From positions 1-45,510 of the forward strand of contig JBGQBE010000024.1 in the NCBI GenBank assembly GCA_041494685.1: 45,510 nt of DNA, written 5' to 3'. Below the pieces are notes generated by a model. The model saw only the letters and a list, made by a program, of their open reading frames with translations, was not told the origin of the DNA and made no database searches. Shown here piece by piece: positions 8,472 to 17,746 of this stretch. The position numbers were made by a program, and so were the translations under genes. Position 1 is the stretch's first letter. Each line of letters begins with the position of its first letter. The stretch comes from Dehalococcoidia bacterium (GTDB taxonomy: Bacteria > Chloroflexota > Dehalococcoidia > DSTF01 > JACRBR01).

Positions 8472-10369
8472 GCGCTTGCTGCTTCCGCACCGGACACCGG
8501 TAGCTTCGGCAGCAACAGATACACTTGAAAGGTCCCTCTCCTGACGCGCGCCCAGATGCGGCCCTGGTGCGCCTCGACAATTCCCTTCGAGATGGACAGG
8601 CCCAGTCCCGCTCCTCGAACGTTCAGCTTCATCCCGTGATTCGTCCGGTAGAACCGCTCGAAGATGTTGTCGACATCGGCCTGACGGACGCCCGCGGCCG
8701 CGTTCTCCACCATCATGAGCGCCATGTTCCGCTCGGCATGACGCGCTTCGATGCGGATGGGCGCGCCCGGACTTCCGTACTTGATGGCGTTGTCGAGCAG
8801 GTTGTAGAACACCTGGATCATCCGGGACCGGTCGACATTCACCGCCAGCGGCTCTTCGGGAATGCTGATCTCGATCGTCTGTCGGGAGATCGTCTCAGCG
8901 CCTTCGACCGCGTCGCGCAGGATCGCCTCTAGGGAGTGCGGCTGGCATTCCATACGCATCACGCCAGCATCAAGCCGCCCCATCATGAGCAGATCGGCGA
9001 TCAGGCGTTCCAGCTGCTGCGCTGCCGCGTCGGCCGATTCCAGGCTCTTTCTGCGCTGCGCCTCCGTCATGCGGTTGTCGTACTCGATCACGGTAGTCAC
9101 GTGTCCCCGGATCACGGCCAGGGGCGTGCGCAGCTCGTGGGATACGACGTTGATCAGGTCGGTCTTGGCCTGCTCGCTCTGCTCCGCGGCGAGCCGGTGA
9201 ATCTCCGCCTCCTCCGCGCGCCGGCGCATGGTGGTCTCGATGTGGGCCACGACGGCGCCTCCACGGCCTGTACGGAGGGGCTCGACGCGCATCGCGAACC
9301 AGCGGGCGCCGTTCGGTGTGTCGAGCTGGTACTCGATGTCCGCGCGCCGGCGGGATCCGCGCAGCACCTCCCGCATTCCGCGCTGCGCCTGCTCAGCGAC
9401 CGCATCGCCGGAGCTTCCGAGTCCGCCGCGCTCGGCCACGTAGTCGGCCCCGAGCAGGCAGCGCGTTTCGGGGGGCGGCCGGTCGTCGCGCTCAAAGCGG
9501 CGCCAGTCGTCGTTCACTTCGATAATGATCCCGTTGCGGTCGAGTACGCCGATCCGCGCGGAGAGCGAAGAGAGGACTACTCTGCTCAACTCCTCGGACT
9601 GGTGGAGGTCGTCTTCGACGCGTTTCTGGGGGGACACGTCCTGCATCGCCCCGAACATCCGTACCAGGCCCCCGTTCTTGGCCCGTACGACGTGCCCCCG
9701 GCAAATCACCGACGCGAACTCGCCGTCAGCGGTACGGAACCGGAACTCGCGCAACCAGACGTTACCCGTGCTATTGAAGACGGAGAGCCAGCTCGCGTTG
9801 ACCATGTGACGGTCGTCGGGGTGGACGTTGCTCAGCCACCACTCCCGATCGATCGCCGTCTCGCTGCTGTGCCCGAATTGCGCTTGCAGCCCTTCGCTCC
9901 ACCAGATCCGATCGGACTGCAGATCCCAGTCCCAGATCGCGTCGTTCGAGGCCTGAGCGATGAGATCGCGCATCGAGAGCGCTTCGGCAAAGGATTCTTC
10001 GGCCAGCTTCTTGTCCGTCATATCGGTGAGGCACAGGAGCGTGCCGTAGGCGTCCGCCTGATCATCACGCCTCAGCGGCTTCGTGATCACTGAGAGCCAC
10101 GCGCGCGTGCCGTCACCGCGAGAGACATCGAATACGGGGTATTGAAGGTGAAGGGTACCGGGCGGCAGCTCCCGCGTCTTGTCGAATAGCGCGGTCGGCG
10201 GCAAGCCAATGAGACGCGCCGCCGGTGTCCCGATCATGCGCTCCGCGCTGGGATTGCACGCCACGATCACGCCATGCCGATTGAGCACAACGACGCCATC
10301 GGGCAGCGCGTCCAGCAACGCCGCGAACAGGCCCGTAATCTCGACCTCATCCTGAAGACGTTGGCTCAT
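8468..10369 (-). CDS. Cytoplasmic PAS-PAS-PAS histidine kinase
   Basis: Three PAS domains; H-box VSHELRTPL; NLLDNAIKY; FERFYR; GAGLGL; atypical G1 box ENAAAG. Confidence 0.92.
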   Translation of the reverse strand: MSQRLQDEVEITGLFAALLDALPDGVVVLNRHGVIVACNPSAERMIGTPAARLIGLPPTALFDKTRELPPGTLHLQYPVFDVSRGDGTRAWLSVITKPLRRDDQADAYGTLLCLTDMTDKKLAEESFAEALSMRDLIAQASNDAIWDWDLQSDRIWWSEGLQAQFGHSSETAIDREWWLSNVHPDDRHMVNASWLSVFNSTGNVWLREFRFRTADGEFASVICRGHVVRAKNGGLVRMFGAMQDVSPQKRVEDDLHQSEELSRVVLSSLSARIGVLDRNGIIIEVNDDWRRFERDDRPPPETRCLLGADYVAERGGLGSSGDAVAEQAQRGMREVLRGSRRRADIEYQLDTPNGARWFAMRVEPLRTGRGGAVVAHIETTMRRRAEEAEIHRLAAEQSEQAKTDLINVVSHELRTPLAVIRGHVTTVIEYDNRMTEAQRRKSLESADAAAQQLERLIADLLMMGRLDAGVMRMECQPHSLEAILRDAVEGAETISRQTIEISIPEEPLAVNVDRSRMIQVFYNLLDNAIKYGSPGAPIRIEARHAERNMALMMVENAAAGVRQADVDNIFERFYRTNHGMKLNVRGAGLGLSISKGIVEAHQGRIWARVRRGTFQVYLLLPKLPVSGAEAASA

Positions 10370-10580
10370 GCTAGCCTTCCGGCAACGGGGAGGGGAGAAC
10401 CGTCGCCGTATCGTCGATGGAACCGCAGTGATGGAACGCAGTACATCGGCAGAGATTTCCGCCCTGTGGCGCGCACAGGGCGACCGGTGGTGTCATGGTC
10501 TTTCCCGTCGTAGGTCGTCAGTGTATACGCGGCGTGAACGCGCCGCACAAGCGGGACGACCATGCGGTGTGCGGATTCCC

Positions 10581-11441
10581 TCAGGCGGCCTGCGCGGCGG
10601 GCATTGCCGACATCGAGAGCAGGTGCTGGTACTCCTCGATCACGCGCGACAGCACACGGACGAAGCTGGCCGTCGGATTCATCGCCAGCGTCTTGCCGTC
10701 CAGGTGCTTGCGCTGCCGCATCGCCTGGATCGACGATCGGTAGAGTGACAGCATCGCCTGCGAACTCATCCCGCGCGTCACGAACGCTGCCACCAGCCCC
10801 TCCTCCTCCTTCTGCGTGGGGCCCTGGAAGCCGTGCTCGCTCAGTTCCAGGTAGCGGCACAGCATCTCGCGCAGGTGCCCGAGGTCGTCGTCTTCGCCGG
10901 TCGAGACCGGCGAACTCTTCCCGTAGCCGTGATCCTCGACGTTGTAGAGGATCAGCCAGTCGGCCTCGGCCTCGGCGAGCTCCAGCCGGTCTGCACCTTG
11001 CTCCATCATGCGGGACATGTGCGACGTCCGCGCGGCGATGCTCGCGCGCAGCGCCGTCTGCAGCGAGTTCACGATGCCGGCGGTGAGCAGTTCGTCCTTG
11101 CAGATGTAATCGCTGGCGCCCAGCTTCATCGCCGCCACGGCGATCCGCTCGTCCCCCAGGCCGGTCATGACGATGACCTTCGTCTGCGGGCTGACCTCCG
11201 TGATCCGCTCCAGCACGCGCAGACCACTCATGCCCGGCAGCCCGAAGTCGGTGAGCACGACGTCGCTCGGCTGCGCGGCCGACCGCACGAGGGCCTCCTC
11301 TCCCGTGCTCACGACCGAAATCCGCCTGATGCCGAAGTTCTGGAGCACCCGCACAATCACGCGCGCGTCGTCCGGGTTATCCTCAACGACCAGCACCGAT
11401 GCGTCCTTCGGGTTGAGCGACTCCCATTTTGGTTCGCGCAT
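10581..11441 (-). CDS. Response regulator: receiver plus C-terminal helical domain resembling KaiA-C/RsbU_N
   Basis: VEDNPDD, LTDFGLP, MTG, DYICK; C-terminal region of about 90 aa looks all-helical; the output-domain assignment is inference. Confidence 0.85.
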   Translation of the reverse strand: MREPKWESLNPKDASVLVVEDNPDDARVIVRVLQNFGIRRISVVSTGEEALVRSAAQPSDVVLTDFGLPGMSGLRVLERITEVSPQTKVIVMTGLGDERIAVAAMKLGASDYICKDELLTAGIVNSLQTALRASIAARTSHMSRMMEQGADRLELAEAEADWLILYNVEDHGYGKSSPVSTGEDDDLGHLREMLCRYLELSEHGFQGPTQKEEEGLVAAFVTRGMSSQAMLSLYRSSIQAMRQRKHLDGKTLAMNPTASFVRVLSRVIEEYQHLLSMSAMPAAQAA

Positions 11442-11709
11442 GTCTCGCTTCCTTCTTCGGCGTAAGGTGCGGTGCGGCTCGATCGCCGTCCTGCCAGTGT
11501 TGAATGAGTCGTCAGCAGCGGCTGTTCGACGTATAGCATGCCGATCTCAGCAAGGTCACACTCGCGTACCAGCTCCGAACACGCGCTTCGGAGGGCCTTG
11601 CGCGCTCGGCAGATCTCGCCAGATGTTGACGATGCTCCCCGTACGGCGGTCGGGGTCGACGCGGGTAAGGGCTCGTGCGGCGGCGACCACCAGTACCAGG
11701 GGGGATCAG

Positions 11710-12294
11710 GTGCCAGCAACAGCAACAGCAATAGCCACGCGCCCGGTGCGATACATCCCGGAGCCACCGCGCCCCACACCCGCCCCGACGATGTCCGCTG
11801 CGCCGCTCTCCTGGGCATGGGGTGAGCCGTTCGGCGTGCTCCTGGTCGAAGACAACGATGACGAGATCGTGATGGTTCAGCACGCGCTGAAGCGTGCAGG
11901 ATTGACCGACCGTCCGTATGTCGTGCAGGATGGACGTGCCGCCCTCGACCTGCTGCTGGGGCCAAACCGCTACGAGGCCGCGTCGGCGCCGCTCGCCGAG
12001 GTGCCGGACGTGATCCTGCTCGACCTCGGCCTGCCGAAGGTCTCCGGCCTTGAGGTCCTGCGGCAGATCAAGAAGAATGCCCGCGTCTCCGATGTCCCCG
12101 TCATCGTGCTCTCCGGCGCGAACGACGAGGGGACGGCGAACGCGTGCATGAACCTTGGCGCAACCATGTACATCATCAAGCCGATCTCGTACGTGCAGGT
12201 GATGAACGTCATCGTCGCCGTGCAGAAGCACTGGCTGGCCACGGAGAACTTCCGCAGGTTTGACGTCGAGTGGAATGAACGGCGCGCCGCATAG
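11710..12294 (+). CDS. Rcp1-like single-domain response regulator with Pro/Ala/Thr-rich N-terminal extension
   Basis: LLVEDNDDE, ILLDLGLP, VLSG, YIIKP, KHWL; GTG start at 11710 after a purine-rich RBS; divergent from 10581-11441. Confidence 0.85.
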   Translation: MPATATAIATRPVRYIPEPPRPTPAPTMSAAPLSWAWGEPFGVLLVEDNDDEIVMVQHALKRAGLTDRPYVVQDGRAALDLLLGPNRYEAASAPLAEVPDVILLDLGLPKVSGLEVLRQIKKNARVSDVPVIVLSGANDEGTANACMNLGATMYIIKPISYVQVMNVIVAVQKHWLATENFRRFDVEWNERRAA

Positions 12295-12305
12295 CGATGC
12301 ACGTT

Positions 12306-12321
12306 TGTGATCGCCTTGACA
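12306..12321. promoter_or_regulatory. Possible CRP/FNR-family binding site
   Basis: TGTGA-N6-TGACA (9/10 to TGTGA-N6-TCACA); a second weaker site TACGA-N6-TCACA at 12363-12378. Confidence 0.3.
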
Positions 12322-12952
12322 CCTCTCTGTGACGCTGGGGGCGTACGGGCGGTCACAAACGGTACGACAATGTTCACATCCAGAATCGAGGCGCTGCTCT
12401 CGAGGGGAACGTCCGGGGCGGGCACGTTTCGCTTCCGTCCCGCTCCGGACACACATCGCCGAGGCCGATACCGTAGCCGCACTTGACGCCCCCAAGACCC
12501 AACCCGTACCCCGCGGCGAGCACGTACCGGTCCGAGCGCAGCGAGAGGAGGCACGAGCAGGTGAGCTTCTCCCCCCTGGAAGCCCATCCCGCTCGTGCCT
12601 CCGTCCCGTCATCCGGGGATTCGCTCGAGAGGACGCGCGCCACTGCGAAACGGATTGCGGGATGCGTACATGGGCCGGCACCCTGAAAAGGGAGCCACGT
12701 TGAAACTGTGTAACCGGATCAAGCGCAACGCGATGTCCGCCGCTGCCGCGCCACGGAACTCTCTCAGAATCGTATCAATCGAAATCGGTCAAGTCGCCCG
12801 GCAGATGATTTTCCCGTTCAAATGACCTGTTCGGGAGCACATGCGGCTGTCGCCGCCCGCTGTCTCAGATGCGTTACGGTCACGAATTTCGTAGCCCGCG
12901 TGCGATAGCGTAGATATCGAGCCTTCCTGGTGGCGGAGAAGGATGCGACAAC

Positions 12953-13657
12953 ATGACAGGCAACGGACGGAAAGTGCACCTCCTTATCGCCGATGAGGAT
13001 CCCGGCATGCGCAATCTTGTTTCGTCGGTGCTGGAATCCGAAGGATTCCTGGTGTTCAGCTGCAGCGACGTCGACGCCGCGCTCCGGCTGCTGCACGAGG
13101 TCGAGCCCGCGCTCGTAATACTCGACGCCGGCTTGCCCGCGCCGGACGGGCTCACCGTCTGCCGCCGCATCCGGGGCAGGTCAGACGTACCAATCATCAT
13201 CACCTCCACCGCCGATGACCCGCGCCAAGCCGCAGCCGCCCTCGAAGCAGGTGCCGATGACTTCGTGCGCAAGCCCTTCGGCTCGGACGAGTTGCGCGCG
13301 CGCGTCAGGGCGATGCTCCGCCGCGCGGCGGTCGCAGGCCCGTTCAGCGACCGCATCGAAGCCGGACCGCTGCTCATCGACGGTGGGCAGCACAGCGCTC
13401 ATATCGACGAGCGGGAGCTCGATCTGAGCGTCCACGAGTTCCTGCTCCTGGGCCACCTTATGAAGCACCGCGACCGCGTGCTCACCCACGCGCAGTTGCT
13501 CGAAGCCGTCTGGGGACGCGGCTACGTTGATTCGCGGCAACTGCTGCGCGTGACCATGTGCCGCCTGCGACAGAAGCTGAATCGCAACGGCACCGACTAC
13601 ATTCAGACGCTGCCGCGCGTCGGATACCGGCTTCGGGTCGCCCAGCAGGCCGCGTGA
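12953..13657 (+). CDS. OmpR/PhoB-family response regulator
   Basis: IADED, ILDAGLP, GADDFVRKPF; wHTH LRVTMCRLRQKL..IQTLPRVGY. Confidence 0.93.
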   Translation: MTGNGRKVHLLIADEDPGMRNLVSSVLESEGFLVFSCSDVDAALRLLHEVEPALVILDAGLPAPDGLTVCRRIRGRSDVPIIITSTADDPRQAAAALEAGADDFVRKPFGSDELRARVRAMLRRAAVAGPFSDRIEAGPLLIDGGQHSAHIDERELDLSVHEFLLLGHLMKHRDRVLTHAQLLEAVWGRGYVDSRQLLRVTMCRLRQKLNRNGTDYIQTLPRVGYRLRVAQQAA

Positions 13658-13742
13658 GAGCAGCGCCGCACGCACACGATGTGAACGCGCCGGACGACAT
13701 GCGTCAAGCGCGGCCTTCTATCGGTATGGAGAGCGGCACTTC

Positions 13743-13935
13743 GTGCAATCGATCCTTGATGCACCATCTACCGCACGCGCACTTGACAGCGCGGGCCTGA
13801 TTGACCGCATCGCCGGTTTGCCGGACCAGATTGAATCGGCCTGGGCAGCGGGTTAGCGGCCTCTGCCTGCCATCAAGTTTCTCGGACGTCGATCGGATCG
13901 CCGTGCTCGGCATGGGCGGCTCCGGCATCGGCGGG
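13743..13935 (+). pseudogene. N-terminal remnant of a bifunctional phosphoglucose/phosphomannose isomerase (SIS)
   Basis: GTG after GGAGAG; VQSILDAPSTARALDSAGLIDRIAGLPDQIESAWAA, frameshift near 13852, then LPSSFSDVDRIAVLGMGGSGIGG, after which similarity is lost. Confidence 0.75.
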
Positions 13936-14257
13936 CGGCCCGGTCTGCTTCCCGGAGAGTTCTTCGGACTGCCCTCGGCGGCGCAGCCCGAGGTTGCCCT
14001 GCTTCGACGCGGCGCAATGGAGGAGCCATGTTGAACGCACCACCATCGCACGCGCGCCCGGCGGCGGTTCCGCGGCCGCAGGATAGGACCGCCGGGCCGC
14101 GAGCCGCCGCTGACGCCGATTTGTTGACTTAATACATCACTAATGACTTTATCACGAATGTGTTGCAGGGACTGTCCAAAGTGGAGATACTCGCAGTACG
14201 ATGGAACCCAGAGCCACGGATGCCTCGATGAGGAGGGGACACCTGAAGGAGGGGGGC

Positions 14258-15016
14258 ATGGAATCCAAGCGATGGGTGCGCGACCGCGGTCCGCGGCCGG
14301 TGCTGGTGGCCGATGACGATCAGGGCATTCTCAACGTCGTGTCCACGATGCTCCGGCTCGACGACCTCTTCGCGTTCACCTGCCGCGACGGCGCGCTGGC
14401 GGTCGAGATGTTCCAGGAGTTACACCCGGAGCTAGTCATCCTGGACGTATCGATGCCCGGCCTCGACGGGCTGGCGGTCTGCCGAAAGATCCGCGCCACC
14501 TCCAGCGTGCCGATCATCATGCTCACCGTCATGAACGAGCCCAGGGACGCCGCGGCAGCGCTCGAAGCGGGCGCCGACGACTACGTGCGCAAGCCGTTCG
14601 CCGCCGAGGAGCTGCGCGCGCGCATCCGGGCCGTTCTCCGGCGCAACCAGGCCGACGCCATTCGCGGCGAGCGCGTTGTCGCAGGTCCGCTCGTCGTCGA
14701 TGGCGCACGCCGCCTCGCGACGGTCAATGGCGCTGAACTGGTGCTGACGCCCACGGAGTTCGCGTTGCTCGCGTATCTTGCCGGCCACGCGGAGCGCGCG
14801 CTGACGCACACCCAGATTCTCAAGGGCGTCTGGGGCAATGAATACATCGATTCACCGCACGTCCTGCGCGTCACCATGAGCCGCTTGCGGCACAAGCTGG
14901 AAACTGCAGGCCCCCACCTGATCGAGACCCTTCCACGCATCGGATATCGCCTGAGCGGGGAGGCGATGGGTTTGGCCGAGCCCAACGAGTCAAAGATGTG
15001 GGCGGCTACGATCTGA
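14258..15016 (+). CDS. OmpR/PhoB-family response regulator
   Basis: VADDD, ILDVSMP, GADDYVRKPF; wHTH LTPTEFALL..LRVTMSRLRHKL..IETLPRIGY; start placed at ATG 14258 after AAGGAGG. Confidence 0.93.
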   Translation: MESKRWVRDRGPRPVLVADDDQGILNVVSTMLRLDDLFAFTCRDGALAVEMFQELHPELVILDVSMPGLDGLAVCRKIRATSSVPIIMLTVMNEPRDAAAALEAGADDYVRKPFAAEELRARIRAVLRRNQADAIRGERVVAGPLVVDGARRLATVNGAELVLTPTEFALLAYLAGHAERALTHTQILKGVWGNEYIDSPHVLRVTMSRLRHKLETAGPHLIETLPRIGYRLSGEAMGLAEPNESKMWAATI

Positions 15017-15040
15017 CGCGCCGGGCCGCTCCGTCCGGAC

Positions 15041-17746
15041 TTACGCTGTAGGAGCGGATGCCATGTCGCCGTCCGAACCCGCCCGCTTCAGCGTGAACGT
15101 CACGCAGAGCCCCCCGCCTTCCGCGGCCGTCCCCCACGTGCGCTCACCGTGCATCGCGATGATGCCCGCGCAGATGGCCAACCCCAATCCGACGCCTCGC
15201 GCATGCCGGTTGCCTGCCGCGCGATACCGCTCGAACGGCTCGAAGATCGCCGCCAGCTTCTCCGTCGGCACGCCCGGGCCGTGGTCGCACACCGACACGG
15301 TGACCCGCTCGGCGTCGAGTACTTCCGCCCGTACCTCGATTGGCGCTTCTGGGCCGGAGTACTTCCGCGCGTTGTCGAGCAGATTCAGCAGCATCTGGCG
15401 GATCCAGATCGGGTCGGCGGTCACCAGCACGCGCTCCGGCGGAAGGGTCACGTTCACGAGGCGGCGGCGTATGAACGGACGGGCGGCCGCCACCGCACCC
15501 TGCAGCAAATCATCGAGCGGCAGGCTGTGCATGTCCAGGACGAGCATGCCGTAATCAAGCCGCGACATCGTCAGCACGTTCTCAATCAGTTCGTCGAGAT
15601 GTAGCGCCGCTCCATCCGCCTCGGCGATCATGTGGTGCGCTTCGTCGGTGTGGACGCGATCCTGGTACTCCAGCAGCGTGGAGAGGTAGCCGCGAATGAC
15701 GGCGAGCGGCGTCCGCAGTTCGTGCGACACCGTGCGCAGCAGGTCCCTCCGGAACCGCTCGCTCTCCTCCGCGGCGCGCAGCCGCACCCGCATCTCCTCG
15801 TTGCTGCGCTGCGCGGTGATGTCCAGGTGCGTGACCAGGACGCCGCGGCGTCCGCTGACCAGCGGCGTGGCCCACAAGACGAACCAGCGTTGCTCCTCAG
15901 GGCTGTGGCAGTCGTACTCCATCCGGAACCCCGTCGACCTACCGGTGATCACGTCTTCCAGCCCGCACAGTACGTCCGCCGCCGCGCCGACGCTGTCGGA
16001 TGCCGCGCGACGGCACACCTCCAGGTAGTTCATGCCGATGCCGTCGATCGTGCGCTGCCCGGCAGCGTTGGCCGCGCCGAATCGGCGCCACCCATCGTTG
16101 ACGGCGATGATCTCGCCGGCGGGATCGACGACGGCGATATGCGCGACCACCGAGTTGATGATGTCTCGGGCCATCTCCTCGCTTTCGCGCAGCGCCTGTT
16201 CGGCCACCTTCGCGCGCGTGATGTCCCGGGACACGCCGACGACGCCGCTGCGTTCCCCGCGCTCGTTACGCAGCGGCGACTTGGTCGTAAGGATCCATCT
16301 CTCCCGGTCTGGCCGTCCCACCTGCGCTTCAACGCCGGCGATCGAGCCCGTCTCGATGACCGATCGATCCGCCTCTTCACTTCTCGCCGCGCCATCGGCG
16401 TCCATCAGGTCCGCGGCTGAGCGTCCCAGGATCTCGCTCACCGGCATCCCTACGGTATCGGCGAAGGCCGAATTGGCGAGTATGTAGCGCCCCTCGCGGT
16501 CCTTTGCGAAGATCAGGTCCGCCGTGCTCTCGATGACGCTGGTGAGCAGCCGGTGCTCTTCCTTTACCGCCGCCTGGGCGGCGTGGAGCTCGCGGACGTC
16601 CGTCGTCACTACGACTTTTCCTTCGACACGCCCGTCAGCGTCATGCAGGGGTACGATCGTCGCATACCCCTGCAGCTCGGAGCCGTCGCGGCGTGGCATC
16701 GTGAACTCGCCCGACCAGGTCTCGCTCCCCAGCAAGGCCCTCGCGAGACCGTCCGAGTACTGCCGGGTCGCCCACGATGGCAGGAGCGTGAGCGCGTGCC
16801 TCCCGATTACATCGGATGATGTCCATCCGAACAGCGATTCAGCGGCACGGTTCCAGTGGGTGACCAGTCCCTGCGCGTCGACGGCCACGATCGCCTGCCC
16901 CGCGGCATCGAGCAGGCGCGCACGGACGCGCAGCGACTCCATCTGGTAGCGTTGCTCAAGAGCCGCACCGGCGCGCCCCGCGAGCAAGATCATGAGATCA
17001 GACAGATCTCGCGTGACCGTTAGCGGGCCGGTGTCGGCAAGAGCCAGTAGCCCCAGGCGGGTTCCGGTGGCATCCCGCAGCGGCACGCTCAGGAAGCTCT
17101 CGAGCTTGAGCCGGTGCGCCCGCTCGTCATGCGGGAACTGTCGCCGTACCCCGCGCTCATAGGCGCAGATCCTGCTCGTCATGATGCCCGCGCACGGCGT
17201 GCCGGCTATCTCAAACTCGAAGTTGTCCGCGAAGTCGTCGCCGGACCAGACAGCGAGCGTGGAGACGCGCGTGGTGCCGGGGATCAGCTCACCGACCAGC
17301 GCGTGCCGCACGCCCAACCGCCGCGCCATGCCGGAAACCAGCGCCCGGAAGAAGTTCGCGTCCGCCCACGACGTCAACCCCTGCGCTATCGCACCGAGCG
17401 CGGACTTGGCCCAGTCCTCTTGCTTCTCGCGGACGACGCTCGCGGTGTAGCGGCGGCGGCCGACCCGTACCGGCGAGGCGCTCACCTCTACGACGAGCGG
17501 GGTGCCGTCCTGCCGCAGCCCCTGCATCGACAGCCAGGCGTCCGGCGTGGAGTCACCGCGCGCAAGAATCCGCGCGCATCCGGGGATGAACGCCCGGAGT
17601 GGCACGCCGGCTAGTTCGGAAGGCGCATATCCAAAGAGTTCCGCAAACCGCGCGTTGGCAAACACGATGACGCCGCGCCGGTCGGTCACTACCGCCGCCG
17701 GCAGCGCACGCAGGAACGACTCCAGTGGTTCTTCGAATGGCATCAT
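15041..17746 (-). CDS. Cytoplasmic PAS-GAF-PAS-PAS-PAS histidine kinase
   Basis: PAS, GAF (GTPC..FPHD..LESFLSVPL), three more PAS domains; VSHELRTPL, NLLDNARKY, DHGPGV, GVGLGL. Confidence 0.93.
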   Translation of the reverse strand: MMPFEEPLESFLRALPAAVVTDRRGVIVFANARFAELFGYAPSELAGVPLRAFIPGCARILARGDSTPDAWLSMQGLRQDGTPLVVEVSASPVRVGRRRYTASVVREKQEDWAKSALGAIAQGLTSWADANFFRALVSGMARRLGVRHALVGELIPGTTRVSTLAVWSGDDFADNFEFEIAGTPCAGIMTSRICAYERGVRRQFPHDERAHRLKLESFLSVPLRDATGTRLGLLALADTGPLTVTRDLSDLMILLAGRAGAALEQRYQMESLRVRARLLDAAGQAIVAVDAQGLVTHWNRAAESLFGWTSSDVIGRHALTLLPSWATRQYSDGLARALLGSETWSGEFTMPRRDGSELQGYATIVPLHDADGRVEGKVVVTTDVRELHAAQAAVKEEHRLLTSVIESTADLIFAKDREGRYILANSAFADTVGMPVSEILGRSAADLMDADGAARSEEADRSVIETGSIAGVEAQVGRPDRERWILTTKSPLRNERGERSGVVGVSRDITRAKVAEQALRESEEMARDIINSVVAHIAVVDPAGEIIAVNDGWRRFGAANAAGQRTIDGIGMNYLEVCRRAASDSVGAAADVLCGLEDVITGRSTGFRMEYDCHSPEEQRWFVLWATPLVSGRRGVLVTHLDITAQRSNEEMRVRLRAAEESERFRRDLLRTVSHELRTPLAVIRGYLSTLLEYQDRVHTDEAHHMIAEADGAALHLDELIENVLTMSRLDYGMLVLDMHSLPLDDLLQGAVAAARPFIRRRLVNVTLPPERVLVTADPIWIRQMLLNLLDNARKYSGPEAPIEVRAEVLDAERVTVSVCDHGPGVPTEKLAAIFEPFERYRAAGNRHARGVGLGLAICAGIIAMHGERTWGTAAEGGGLCVTFTLKRAGSDGDMASAPTA

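Noticed and set aside
11167..11709. Long N-terminal extension of the receiver ending at 12294
   Set aside because: Overlaps the divergent 10581-11441 gene and is low-complexity; GTG 11710 with an RBS is more plausible
11714..11735. CAGCAA tandem microrepeat
   Set aside because: Only about three units, in frame, encoding ATATAI; no evidence for phase variation
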